Positions 51,960 through 64,000 of a stretch of 64,000 nucleotides of DNA are shown here, piece by piece. Position 1 is the first letter of the stretch, and every line of letters begins with the position of its first letter. Source of the stretch: Octopus sinensis (Eukaryota); assembly GCF_006345805.1 (NCBI RefSeq), contig NC_043001.1, positions 9,982,001 through 10,046,000 of the forward strand, read 5' to 3'. The notes beneath the pieces were generated by a model. The model worked only from the letters and a program-made list of their open reading frames with translations, ran no database searches and was not told where the DNA came from. Made by a program: the position numbers and the translations under genes.

Positions 51960-52123
51960 ATGCGCATGTGTGACTGTGTGGTAAGTAGCTTGCTTACGAA
52001 CCACATGGTTTCAGGTTCTGTCCCAGTGCGTGGCACCTTGGGCAAATGTCTTCTGCTATAGCCTCAGGCTAGCCAAAGCCTTGTGAGTGGATTTGGTAGA
52101 TGGAAACTGAAAGAGGCCCATCG

Positions 52124-52155
<32 letters not shown>

Positions 52156-52440
52156 TGTGTGTATATGTGTATGTGTATGCATGTGTGTGTGTGTATATGT
52201 GTATGCGTGTGTGCGTGTATATGTGTATGTGTGTGTGTGTATTTGTATGTTTGTCCCCCCAACATTGCTTGACAACTAGTGCTGGTGTGTCTACATCCCT
52301 GTAACATAGCGGTTCAGCAAAAGAGACTGATAGAATAAGTACTAGCCTTATAAAGAATAAGTCCTGGGTTTCAATTTGCTCAACTACAGGTGGTGCTCCA
52401 GTATGGCTGCAATCAAATGACTGAAACAAGTAAAAGAATA
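51960..52440 (+). mobile_element. SINE family C
   Basis: Full length with an expanded internal microsatellite. Confidence 0.92.
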
Positions 52441-52546
52441 AAAGCTTTGGAAGCAGAGCTATCCTTGATTTACATCTCAAATTACTCTTGTGACTCACTG
52501 CAAGAGAAGTGGGTGGAGAGAAGTATAAAAGTTCTGTATCACTAAC

Positions 52547-52938
52547 AGGCACAGGAGTGGCTGTGTGGTAAGTAGCTTGCTAACCAACCACATGGTTCCG
52601 GGTTCAGTCCCACTGCGTGGCATCTGAACCAAGTGCCTTCTGCTATAGCCCTGGGCCGACCAATGCCTTGTGAGTGGATTTGGTAGACAGAAACTGAAAG
52701 AAGCCTGTTGTATATATGTATATATATATATATGTATGTGTGTGTATGTGTGTGTGTCTGTGTTTGTCCCCCTAGCATTGCTTGACAACCGATGCTGGTG
52801 TGTTTACGTCCCCATCACTTAGCGGTTCGGCAAAAGAGACCGATAGAATAAGTACCGGGGTTGATTTGATCGACTAAAGGCGGTGCTCCAGCATGGCCGC
52901 AGTCAAATGACTGAAACAAGTAAAAGAGTGAAAAGAGA
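52547..52938 (+). mobile_element. SINE family C
   Basis: Full length, tandem with the previous copy. Confidence 0.92.
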
Positions 52939-53047
52939 GTATTGAACATTCTCACACAAAATTGAATTCATAATAGATTTATTTTCTTTTAACTCTTGTA
53001 ACAATCATCCATCTGAGAGCTGGCCATATTAAAGTGCTTGTATATAA

Positions 53048-54553
53048 ATTAGAATCTCTATGAAAACCTCTGCACACTATAAATAATATCACAATATTCA
53101 ATTAATACAAGTATTACATACTAATACACATTAAGCCTATGAAAGGGCCTTTCTGTAATTACCAAACCTGTTACAAATAATCGTCAAATATACCTCACAA
53201 TAATTCCCTACTATTTTGAATAAAGAAGGAACATTAAATATAGCTTATAACTGGAGTACTTTTGATTATAAGCCTTTCTGATAAAATAATACTGTACTGC
53301 ATGTGCACAGCTATTGGTTCAGCTACAACTGTATGGTTAAGAAATTTGGGCGAACTTCATGTCATCTACTATAGGCCTGGATTTGGTAGACAGAAGCTGA
53401 AAAAAGCCTCTTGTGTGTGTGTGTTGTCTTCTTGTTTGATGACACATAATGGTAAATGAGCATTGCTGTCATACAAGTACTGTTTCCAATCTTCTGTGAA
53501 AGCATTCTGGCTATGGGAAATATTAGCTTACTTGGAAAGAGATGACAACCATGATAGGAAGGGTATCTAGCTGTGTACTCCTTCACCAAACTCCATTTGG
53601 TACATGCAAGCAAGGAGAATTGAGCACTTAAACGACGATGGTTATTATTACATTGAATATTAATGGAAAAACAGACAGTTTATTTATTAAACAGTCATGC
53701 AAGTGAAAACCTATAACAATGATATTCCCAAGTCATAGACACAATATCTAGTTTGGATATATACAAGAAATTCAATCTAAAATTTTGTTGCACTAAATTT
53801 TTAAAATTGTTAGGAAAGGCACAAAGATCACAATTTCCCATTCTTTAAAATAAATTCAGTTTAAATTACTTTTTGGCAAGTTTTTAAAAAATTTTTTATG
53901 GTATTTTCATTTGACCTGTGCAAATTTAGATAAAATATAGAATTATGAGATAGCTGTATATTTAGAAGTAAATTTAATTATTGACAAATTGGCAATTAGG
54001 TTAATCCTTATTCTGTAAAACTGATTAATTTAAATAACATTTAATTTTAATTATCTGATTCTATCTGTGGTAATTTCAGAAATTTAGACCTCAATACATA
54101 AACCCTTGATGCTCTGCTATCAGTAATTAAACTCTTAGAGATAGAGATAATTTTCATAAATATAAGATTTGGTTTTTATCACTTTCTCTTAACTGAAGCA
54201 TTTTCAAATCCTATAAATCCTTATATTTTTATTGTAAAATGATCAATAGTGATCAATAGTTAACATCATCTATATTTCAAAATACCTTGGTTATTATTAC
54301 CTATGATATATCTTGTATCTTTGTATCTGAGTGCAGGCATACACAAAGTACAAAATGCAAACGTAATGCCTTGATGTTTATTCACCATAGTAGGGAATTA
54401 TTGTGAGGGATATTTGATGATTATTTGTAACAGGTTTGGTAATTACAGAAAGGCCCTTTCATAGGCTTAATGTGTATTAGTATGTAATACTTGTATTAAT
54501 TGAATATTGTGATATTATTTATAGTGTGCAGAGGTTTTAATAGAGATTCTAAT
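53048..54553. repeat. 167-bp inverted duplication (arms 53048-53214 and 54387-54553, 3 mismatches, 1172-bp spacer)
   Basis: Base-by-base comparison of the left arm with the reverse complement of the right arm. Confidence 0.95.
53375..53640 (+). mobile_element. Degraded C/B-type SINE inside the inverted-duplication spacer
   Basis: TGGATTTGGTAGACAGAAGCTGAAAAAAGCC..AGGAAGGGTATCTAGCTGT..AAACGACGATG. Confidence 0.65.
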
Positions 54554-56802
54554 ATGCAGTCCCTCCAAAAAATGATAGTTTAAACAATGGTTTAAATTTA
54601 TAAATTAATTAAACTAAATGAAAACCATGCTGTACAGAACATTAAAAAAAAATACAGTTTTCCAATTTAGCAGCCCAGATATCTACAATACAGTTTGCAT
54701 TGGTTATAAAGGCCTCCTACTACATTCCTTAAGTGATCCATATGTTTTTAAAAGGCTGTCAATTTCATGCAGTTGTTCATTATGCATTTAGAACGCACCA
54801 CTTGAAAATTTTTTGTTTTGCATAATCTTCTTGAAAATGTACAATTCGCAGGTGTTGCCACACAATCTTCCATTAGTTTGTGATGGATATTTGAAAAATA
54901 TCCATTAGTAATAGATTTTATCAAATTATGTTGTTCTGCTTTCAACAGAGCTACTTGTCTTTATGGACCAATATTTTCATTTAGTTGAATGTTTTATCTG
55001 AAAATTGACAGATGTGTGTAGAACACTGGTTTATTGAATGGACTAATGTGGCCAATGTCTAAATGTACAACACTTGATAAACTGTTTGGTGACCTTTTCT
55101 AATTGCATTGCCGTATGTGATGGAAATATTCATTTGGGGACATTTTATGTATTGGAAAGCTCCAAGGCAATAACTACGTGATTTTTTACTATGCAGCTAA
55201 TCTTGAGGCAATGCTAGCATGATGGCTAATGCAAATGAAATTTGAACAATGATAATATGAATGCAAATGAAGGCTGAGGCTCTGACAATGAGTGCAAATG
55301 AAGGTTGAGGTAATGATATGATTGCCAATGCAAATGAAAATAGCTAAACACTTCCTGTAACTAGGAAAGGAAGGGATTAAACAGGTCTTACGGTCAGAAA
55401 TATGGTGTAAAGAAGTCAACACAACTGCTAACACAAAAAAATAGACATTAGCTAATGAGAGAGTCTCTGGGTGTTTGTTCCACCTGCAAGAATTAATAAC
55501 CAAATAGCCAAGCCAGGTGATCTTACAGAAAGAAGAATATATTGAATGATGTACCCTTTGGAATTACCTGTAAAAGCAATACAATGGTTATGGCTGGAAT
55601 ACCTTTCATTATAGGTTTGTGCAATCAGGGGTTAGCTGCAGTTAAACGTCAACAATAACAATAAAGGTAAAAAAAAAAAAAATTAACGGTTATCTATTTG
55701 CTTAACAAGAAACTTACGAACTAATTCTATCCTTCAAGATAATATAACACACTTCTGTGTTTCAAAAATTTCTCTTAAGAATCAGTTTAAATTATTGGCA
55801 AATATCAGTAGAAGTTACTGGATTCAGACAACTGCTAAAGAAGTTTATTACGGATTTATATATAACAGAAAAAGATTTGAAAATGGAGAATCTTGTCATG
55901 ATTAAATGGTTTCTGTTAGAAAGACTATTAAGTCTGCTCCAATATGTTATGCAAATATGTTAGTAGGAGTTATCCAGCTTATTGCAGTATGGAAAATAGA
56001 TGATAAAATAGATGGAAAATAGATGATAAAAAGCTTCAACACAAGAGTAAAACGTTGTTCATTTCTACTAGAGATGTTAATATTCACAATATGATGATTA
56101 TTGGTTTCCCATGAAAAAAAGGAAAATTGAATTCTTATACAATTTGTAATCTTGGAAAACAAGCATTTTTTTTTTGTTTTTTTAATAAAACTAATTTTTT
56201 ACATGAAGTGGTTAAAAATGACCTATAGTCACTGATTCTGTTCAGTTTAGCTCTGCCATTATCAATGATTCACATTGTGAATAAATTCTTCAAAAATCCT
56301 TTCAAAACGTGTGTTTTTATATCATTTAAAATCAATATTATGAAAATTACCTTTATGAAATCTTGCGCTGGGGATAAGTGTGGAACTGACAGCTATCTTT
56401 ATTTTAATGAGTACAGCTGGACTACTAAAAGTTACTGGAAATGTCACTGGAGGTTAACTTCAAGCTGAGCCAAAATAAACAGGTATTGTGTAGTGTTCTC
56501 AAATTCTAGGCTCGATTGATTGCTACCTAGGAAATTATGTCTAAGGAGTTATATGTGCAAAACTAGCATACACATACTTAAATGTCGAATCACATACTTA
56601 TTGGAAGAAAATGAACAAATATTCAAAATTTTATGTAAATAGAATTAGATATGTGTGTGTTTGTTTGTTAAGAGGAGAGATTAGATATTGCTGAATAAAC
56701 ATTGATCTCTTTTGTTTAGATAACAAGCATAAATGTTTTGTTTGATGATTACTTCAAATGTAACTCCTCAACTTTGCTTTACGTTCATTATACTTTATTA
56801 AT

Positions 56803-57204
56803 TACTAGCAGTATCGCCCGGCGTTGCTCGGGTTTGTAAGGGAAATAACTATATAAGCATTTTTAGAGAGTTATAGACAAAAAAAATAGCAAAAAAATGC
56901 ATAAAAAATGGAAAAAAAATTATGGTAAATTTTTTTTTAAGTCGTTGACTCATCGAAGACATTTTTAGAGAGTTACTTCCCTTATATAATAGCGAAAAAT
57001 GCATTAAAATGGAAAAAAATGATGGTAAATTTTTTTTAAATCGTAGACTCATCGTAGACATTCACTAATACCCAGAAGGGCTCGATATGAATCACGACTA
57101 CAAGATACCCGGTTTTGGTTAAACTGCACCGCAAAATGTGGGAGTAGTTAGGAATCTAAATCGTAGGAGACAGACAGCACAACTTGACTTTTATATATAA
57201 AGAT
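56803..57204 (+). mobile_element. Non-autonomous Helitron/HINE-like element with an internal tandem duplication of about 102 bp
   Basis: Starts TACTAGCAGTATCGCCCGGCGTTGCTCGGG and ends GACAGACAG..CTTTTATATATAAAGAT. CpG-rich relative to its flanks. Internal units at about 56858 and 56960. No TIR or TSD. Confidence 0.45.
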
Positions 57205-58147
57205 TTCAAAGTTATTAGAGTTGAGGTAGAGAGGTTTCATATTTTGGTGTTACGCAAATCTTGTCTTCTTTCTTTTAGTGAATCAGTTGAGGATATGCAG
57301 TGAAACCGGTCTGTCATGCATCATTTCAGACTAGTGAAATTGATGCAGTTAGTGTTCAGTTTGAATGTCTAAGACGAAAAATGCAAATGTCAGGAATTAT
57401 AAGGTTTTTTTTTTTTTCAAGGGGTAGAATTTGGGAAGTGATTAGTTTAGGATCTTGGGCAGGAAACATTGAGATGATGAGAGAAAAAGATGGAGATATA
57501 TTGAGTGGGCCTCAGTTAAGAAGTGATGCAAGTGGCTGGTCCAGAGGAGCATAAGCTAGAATAGTAATTGCATTTGTACTGTTAAAGGAGAGTAGGCTGT
57601 GATGTTAACATTATTTTAGGCTATATGTCAGCAAAATCAATAAATTTTAGTCAGTTATATGGATCAGTTCATTTAACCACTGGTTGAAAACATCTTTATT
57701 TTAAATTCTTTTGCTATTGTCTTTACCCACTAAATCTTGGAGCCGTTTAAGACTTGCTAGAATCTGCTTCATTGCCAGCATTCACTGACATCTTGATAAG
57801 GTTCGGTACCTTTAGTGATGTAGTAACACTCCTTCCCCATCCATACTTGTAGTTTCAGAGTTAGATATGTACAATTGCGCTATCAATTTTGTTTGTATTG
57901 TTTTTGTTATGTCACACTTGCACATGGTAGAATGAGTGTTCATTTAAACCATTTCAGCTTTTAGCAACTGGAATTTTACTCCTCACTGTGTGTGTGCATG
58001 GATTAGAAAATATGATCTAATATTCATTTTGGTTTCTTTTGAATTGCCTGGAATGATTGTGTCAATCCAAACTAGCATATTCACGGTACTTATTTCAGCA
58101 ACACAAGAACAAAAAACTAGTAGAGAACTGAAGATTTTGAAAGAAAA

Positions 58148-58285
58148 GATCATCATCGTTTTATGTCCGCTTTCCATGCTGGCATGGGTTGGACGGGGTT
58201 TGGCTGAGGACTGGTGAGCCAGAGGCTGCACCAGGCTCAATCTGATCTGGCAAAGTTTCTACAGCTGGATGCCCTTCCTAACGCC
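58148..58285 (-). mobile_element. Short 5'-truncated family B copy
   Basis: 10-bp TSD TGAAAGAAAA (58138-58147, 58286-58295). Confidence 0.92.
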
Positions 58286-60360
58286 TGAAAGAAAATTAAC
58301 CAGTGCTAAATTTTTTCTTTCTCTTTTTTTAAATTAACATTTAGATACTTCAGAAATGCTAAATATTATACTTAAATATACTTGTGGTTTTTGTAAATCG
58401 AATTTTATAGAAGTTCTACAAAATATATTTTCTTTTAACTAAAGACTTGAATTAATGATTTCAAAGTATTATAGAAAGTTTGTTTAAAAGGAGTAAAGGA
58501 GAGATTTGCAAATTGTCATTAGTATTTAATCCACATTTGACTTATTACTAGCATGCATGTTATGACTATCAATTATATTCAACTGCAATTCTCCAAATCT
58601 ATTAAATACTAAAATATTCTTGGTTTCAATTTCAAACTCACACAATGAACTAATGAATAGTATATGCACAGAAAGAGCTACATTATTAATTCATTAAAAA
58701 AATGTTTAATTCATAGATTTATAACTTTCTTTTATGATCATCATCATCATCCTAGTATAAAATATGTGTGTATTTAACCTATGTAAATCAAGAACAACCA
58801 CAATATATTTTATAATAAACTCCTTGGAAATAACTTAGTTCATTGCTATTTCTTGTTTTATAAATTTAGATTCCAATTTCTATTAGTTTTTCTAATTGAC
58901 ATACAATTAAAATAATTATGTATTGTATCCATTCTAAATGCTGCCAATAACAGTGATGCAGACACATTTTTTCCCAAGAATAATTTGCATTTTAAATATT
59001 ACGCTTATAATTCTAAAGATACTTCCACGTGAAATATATAATTCATTTACTATTTTACATTCCTTTATATTAGCTTTTTATGACAAATTTCCAGTATTTG
59101 ATAAGTAGTTAGCTATCATGTCTTCGGGGATGGTTCACTGTTAATGCCTTTAGGTATTGTTTGGCAGGAGTTGACAAATTACCAATATTTTTGTCTATTT
59201 TTCCCATTAGTAGAGCTTTAAGAAATTGCAAAAATATGTAGACTTGCTGGTTTTGAAAGCCAGTTCATAATTGCTTTCAAATGAATCTCTGTAATTAACA
59301 TCCTGTGTATTGTTCTGTCTTCTATTCCCCAAGTGCTGTCGGTTTTATAATATTTATTGCAGAATTAGTAGTGTGTCACACAATACTTTCAGGTTACAGG
59401 TTTACACAACCTGAGTTTAAATTTCACACGAGTACATCGCTGTCATTTCATTTCTGTAAAATATGTTATTCCTATTTTTGGAGACTTCGAAGAGCTGGCC
59501 TGGTAGAATGTATCAGGACATTATCGAGCTGAAACTAGTGTGCAGAAAATGAATGGTATTGTAAAAGTGTGTACTTACTATCAGAAACTGTTCTTTGTAA
59601 TAACCAAATAGATGAATGGGTCTTGAATCAATATTGGGAACAGCATTTCAGTGAAATCCATTAATTTAGGTTGTTATGGACTAATTCCTGAGAATCAGAC
59701 TCACTGAAATACATATGGTCATGACAGGATCTCATGTAATTAATATTCCTGATATCTTTGTATTCTTAGAGTAATTTCTAACTTTAGGATTATTAAAATT
59801 TCTTAAGAATTGTAATGGAAGCAAAACTATATTTACAGCCCTTAATGGTTGCTACTTAGTATAATGCTGTAGAGAAGCAATATTTGTATGATGTGATAAA
59901 TGAGGGCTTCACTTAAGTTTGGATTTAAAACAAAAGAAAGGTATAATTCAGAATAACTATACCTGTTTATATATTGTACTGACATTCAGTTCATAGTAAC
60001 TTGAACCGGTGCAACCACTAAGCTCACAGTATTGTAAACAGAAGTTGACCGTGCTTAGTGATCACAGATGGACAGCAAATGCATATTGATTTGTGTTTAA
60101 AGGCAGCCATAAAAAAAGATTACTGAAATACATTACAAAGCTAAACATTGCAAAACTGCTTCAACAAGTTGAATATGCAATGTCATATCAAACCGACAAC
60201 AGAAACTGAATTGCATGACTTCAGACATCTCTTGCAAGAAGTTACAACTGAAGAAGTAGGCTTTATCAAGTATAACCAAGAAACCTAGATACTGGGTAGT
60301 ACAATCAAGCTCCTTAAGAGATCTAAATCATGCATGAAATAGTGGTACTGCTGCTAACTG

Positions 60361-60842
60361 CTAGGTTGGAAGAAAAAGTTTGTGCACCTTGTTCGAATAA
60401 TGATGTGAGAATTCATTCAAAAACAGCAACTATTCTTCAAAATGCAGACCATCATTTTCCACGGCCATCTGCCAATGATCTGCAAGCTCTCAGCTTTGAA
60501 TTGAAGAATTTTTGACAGGCTTCAACTTCATCAAATGACTCAAATTGGTGGCCTTTTCATAAAGTGCTGCATTGATCGGAAGAGACCGTAGTCAGATGGA
60601 GCAACATCTAGACTATAGGCTGGATGTGGCGGAACTTCCACACCATCCAATTCTTCAATCTTGTTGCTGGTCTTTCTGGTGGTATGCGGCTTTGCAATGT
60701 CTTGTTGAAACAAAGTTCGTTTTCGACAAACAAGTCTTGGGTATCCTTCAACCAGTGCATCGTAGACTTGATTAAGTTGCATCATATAAAAAAAAACAAA
60801 ACATTATTTTAACATGGCGCACAAACCTTTTTCCCAGCCTAA
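60361..60842 (-). mobile_element. Second internally deleted mariner (different family)
   Basis: Diverged TIRs (TAGG(T/C)TGG..AAAA..TTTGTGC), TA at 60843-60844. Minus frame reads LFQQDIAKPH..PHPAYSLDVAPSDYGLFRSMQHF. Confidence 0.85.
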
Positions 60843-61376
60843 TATTAACTACTTACAATAGAGATGGTCTCTTTCTGCTGTTCTGATGGAAATGTTTCTG
60901 TTACTTGAGATATGGAGCACACAGATTTCATCAATGATTAAAAAGGAAGAAAAATGTACCGGCTTTTAAAATAAATCCAGAAACAGCAAATGGATCCTTT
61001 GTGTTCAAGGCATAACTATTTAAACCTAGATGATTGCCTCAGTCAGCGGAGTGATCATGACTTATCTACTAACTGACCGTAAATACACTTAATACTGTTT
61101 GCTCCCTCATATTCAGTCTAGTTGCACTAATCATTGTTAGTCTACCTGCTAAGGTCTCAAAGACTATTTGATTGTCTTAGTTCTCAGGATGCAGCATGTC
61201 TGGGGCACCAAGTCATCCACAAACTAGATAGTGTTGCAGTTCTCTTCCCTTTCTTCAAAAGGAGCGTGATGCATGTTCTTGCAGTAACCACTGGGGTTTA
61301 ACTGTGATAGACATTGTGACCAAAATATTCACTGGCATTCACACTATGGAGATTTCAACATGATTTATGTATACTA

Positions 61377-62167
61377 TCTATTTCTTCATTACCCACAAGG
61401 TGCTAAACACAGAGGGGACAGACAAGGACAGGACAAACGGATTAAGTCGAATACATCGACCCCAGTGCGTAACTGGTACTTAATTTATCAACCCCGAAAG
61501 GATGAAAGTTTAAGTCGACCTCGGCGGAATTTGAACTCAGAACATAACGACAGACAAAATACCTATTTCTTTACTACCCACAAGGGGCTAAACACAGAGG
61601 GGACAAACTTGGACAGACAAACAGATTAAGTCGATTATATCGACCCCAGTGCATAACTGGTAATTAATTTATCAACCCCGAAAGGATGAAAGGCAAAGTC
61701 GACCTCGGCGGAATTTGAACTCAGAATGTAGTGGCAGACGAAATACTTATTTCTTTACTACCCACAAGGGGCTAAACACAGAGGGGACAAACAAGGACAG
61801 ACAAACTGATTAAGTTGATTATATTGACCCCAGTGTGTAACTGGTGCTTTATTTATCGACCCCGAAAGGATGAAAGGCAAAGTCGACCTCGGCGGAATTT
61901 GAACTCAGAATGTAGCGGCAGACGAAATACCTATTTCTTTACTACCCACAAGGGGCTAAACACAGAGGGGACAAACAAGGACAGACAAACGGATTAAGTC
62001 GATTATATCGACCCCAGTATGTAACTGGTGCTTTATTTATCGACCCCGAAAGGATGAAAGGCAAATCAACCTCGGCGGATTTTGAACTCAGAACGTAACA
62101 GCAGACAAAATACGGCTATGCATTTCGCCCGGAGTGCTAAAGTTTCTGCCAGCTCACCGCCTTAATA
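61377..62167 (-). mobile_element. Tandem tetramer of SINE family A
   Basis: Units start at 61379, 61564, 61748 and 61932 (184-185 bp period). One 17-bp TSD ATGATTTATGTATACTA (61360-61376, 62168-62184). Confidence 0.95.
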
Positions 62168-62674
62168 ATGATTTATGTATACTACCAATTCAGTGTAGGT
62201 TTAGTTAGCATCCATGCTGCATAGATGAAATTTTCTCTTTGAGGAGGATTCTAGAACAACTGTGGAATTACTAACAGTGAATTATTCCATGCTTTGTGAA
62301 TTTCGCATCAGTCTTTTATTCTACTGAATACAGCATGCCCTGGGATTTCCTGATGACAGATTGACTACCTAGCAAACTGCAGAATGTCATTAGTGGACAC
62401 TGCAGCTCCACATGAGCAAAGGTAAGTCGTGTCAAGGAAAGTGAGTCATTAAAAATGTTTGTTTAGGTGCCTGTCAAGGCTGTGTTCTCTCTCTTTTGTA
62501 TTTGAACTGCAGCATTGACTGAAATGCAGCACATTGTTTGGCAGGTTTCCATTGCCACTCTGAAATGAGAGTTTACTGTCACTGGCCTGCTTAGATATAT
62601 GAGCATATGATCCTATTTCTCAATACATAAGTTACTGCCACTGCCAAATTTGTAATGATAGATGAACCTTATTT

Positions 62675-63078
62675 CAAGGCGGCGAACTGGCAAAAATGTT
62701 AGCACGCCGGGCGAAATGCTTAGCGTTATTTTGTCTGCTGTTATGTTCTGAGTTCAAATTCTGCCAAGGTCGACTTTGCCTTTCATCCATTCGGGGACAA
62801 TTAAATAAGTACCAGTTGCGCACTGGGGTCAATATAATCGACTTAAACCTTTTGTCTGTCCTTGTTTGTCCTCTCTGTGTTTAGCCCCTTGTGGGTAGTA
62901 AAGAAATAGGTATTTTGCCTGCGTTCAAATTCCGCCGAGGTCGACTTTGCTTTTCATCCTTTCGGGGTCGATAAATTAAGTACCAGTTACACACTGAGGT
63001 TGATATAATCGACTTAATCCATTTGTCTATCCTTGTTTGTCTCCTCTGTGTTTAGCCTCTTGTGGGTAGTAAAGAAAA
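62675..63078 (+). mobile_element. Tandem dimer of SINE family A
   Basis: Full unit, then a head-less unit after GAAATAGG|TATTT. TSD AGATG(A/T)ACCTTATTT (62660, 63079). Confidence 0.92.
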
Positions 63079-63541
63079 AGATGTACCTTATTTTGCAATT
63101 ACTTATGCTAGTTCCTAATTTTAAAGGAATCCATTCTATATTTAATATCTTAACTGAAGTGAAAAGCTCTGGAAATAGTTTTTTTAGCTTTAGCTCTATT
63201 TATCAAACTGAAACAAAAGTATGTGAATCAGATTAAATTAATAAGGAAGAGGAAAGTGATGACAGGAATAGGAGTAACTCGTTTACCCTGATGAATGCTT
63301 TATCTCTTTCAATTATCATTTTTAAGTGTTTAGCATTGCTGGTTTAGTGAATCATCATTAAGAACCTAGAGTGTAAAATTTTGTATTTCTTAGAACAAAA
63401 ATTCACTCAATGTATTGGCTGTTGCTATTCCTTATTTCTTCACAACATGTGTTATTTCATAATTATGAAGAGGATTCGCACCAGCAACTGCTGTTATCTT
63501 TATTTTGGCTGAAAAATCAATCATGCATACACTTGAAGATA

Positions 63542-63621
63542 CAGATTGCGCATCTAAACACTATCTCTTGTGGTAATTATCCAGATTGTGCATCTAAACA
63601 CTATCTTTTGTGGTAATTATT
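63542..63621. repeat. 40-bp tandem duplication
   Basis: CAGATTG(C/T)GCATCTAAACACTATCT(C/T)TTGTGGTAATTAT occurs twice. Confidence 0.9.
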
Positions 63622-64000
63622 CTGTTAATAGTCACTAATGTGAAATAATGGCTTAAGTTGGACAATTTCTACAACTTACCTTTTTTTCTGATTCTATACT
63701 CTTTTAGATTATCAGTATAGCAGATATCCAATTAACACATTTGTGTTCTTCAACGATTGAAACTGGTTACTTGCTAGCTGCTCTTCTCTCGGTTTTATTT
63801 AATAAATATTAACAATTTCATTTAGCTGTTTGCTCAAATAACTCTTAATTAATGTGGCTGGAAATTTGATTGTTGATTAATGAAGAATCACAGACAGAAT
63901 AAAATATTTCCCAAGTTAAACACAATATTCACAGCAATGAAGGCATACAAAAGGTGAGAAAATATGTTATAAAATTTGTTAGGTTCATGAATATTGGGAA

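Noticed and set aside
54720-55150. Faint Helitron Rep-like words (LHEIDSLLKTYGSLK) on the minus strand
   Set aside because: Too short and frameshifted to call without a search.
61379-62161. Regular 184-bp array superficially like a CRISPR or satellite array
   Set aside because: There are no unique spacers; the units are SINE family A, and the context is eukaryotic.
62334-62421. Segment bounded by TACAG and AAG|GTAAGT
   Set aside because: All frames from the acceptor are closed and the acceptor is mediocre; not supportable without RNA data.
1-64000. A prokaryotic-style novel system (defence island, operon, CRISPR) or a named host gene
   Set aside because: No gene-dense region and no recognisable host protein; no gene symbol can be supported.

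Overview
AT-rich eukaryotic (metazoan) DNA that is almost entirely intronic or intergenic. The microsatellite load and the repeat families best fit a coleoid cephalopod, probably Octopus; this is my recognition, not a database result. No prokaryotic operon, CRISPR array, rRNA or genuine tRNA gene is present. The only long ORF is a 5'-truncated RTE-clade LINE reverse transcriptase (5149-6726) with a PHD-like zinc finger inside the RT C-terminal region and a mutated catalytic motif (YADD->YADY). Other mobile DNA: a second, frameshifted RTE fragment; two internally deleted mariner elements; several MITEs; a Helitron/HINE-like element. Three very abundant short retroposon families are also present, labelled here A and C (tRNA-headed SINEs) and B (identical in layout to the RTE 3' UTR). 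Most other ORFs in the track are artefacts of repeats. Evidence for host exons is weak (a few good splice sites only). The most unusual items are: (1) a 167-bp, 3-mismatch inverted duplication of non-repeat-looking DNA (53048-54553); (2) a TSD-bounded fold-back insertion with a captured SINE piece in its loop (25011-25405); (3) SINE multimers with a fixed junction, each flanked by one TSD; (4) a consensus recursive-splice-type AG|GTAAGT site (2791-2798). All alignments were done by eye, so boundaries of old repeats are approximate.
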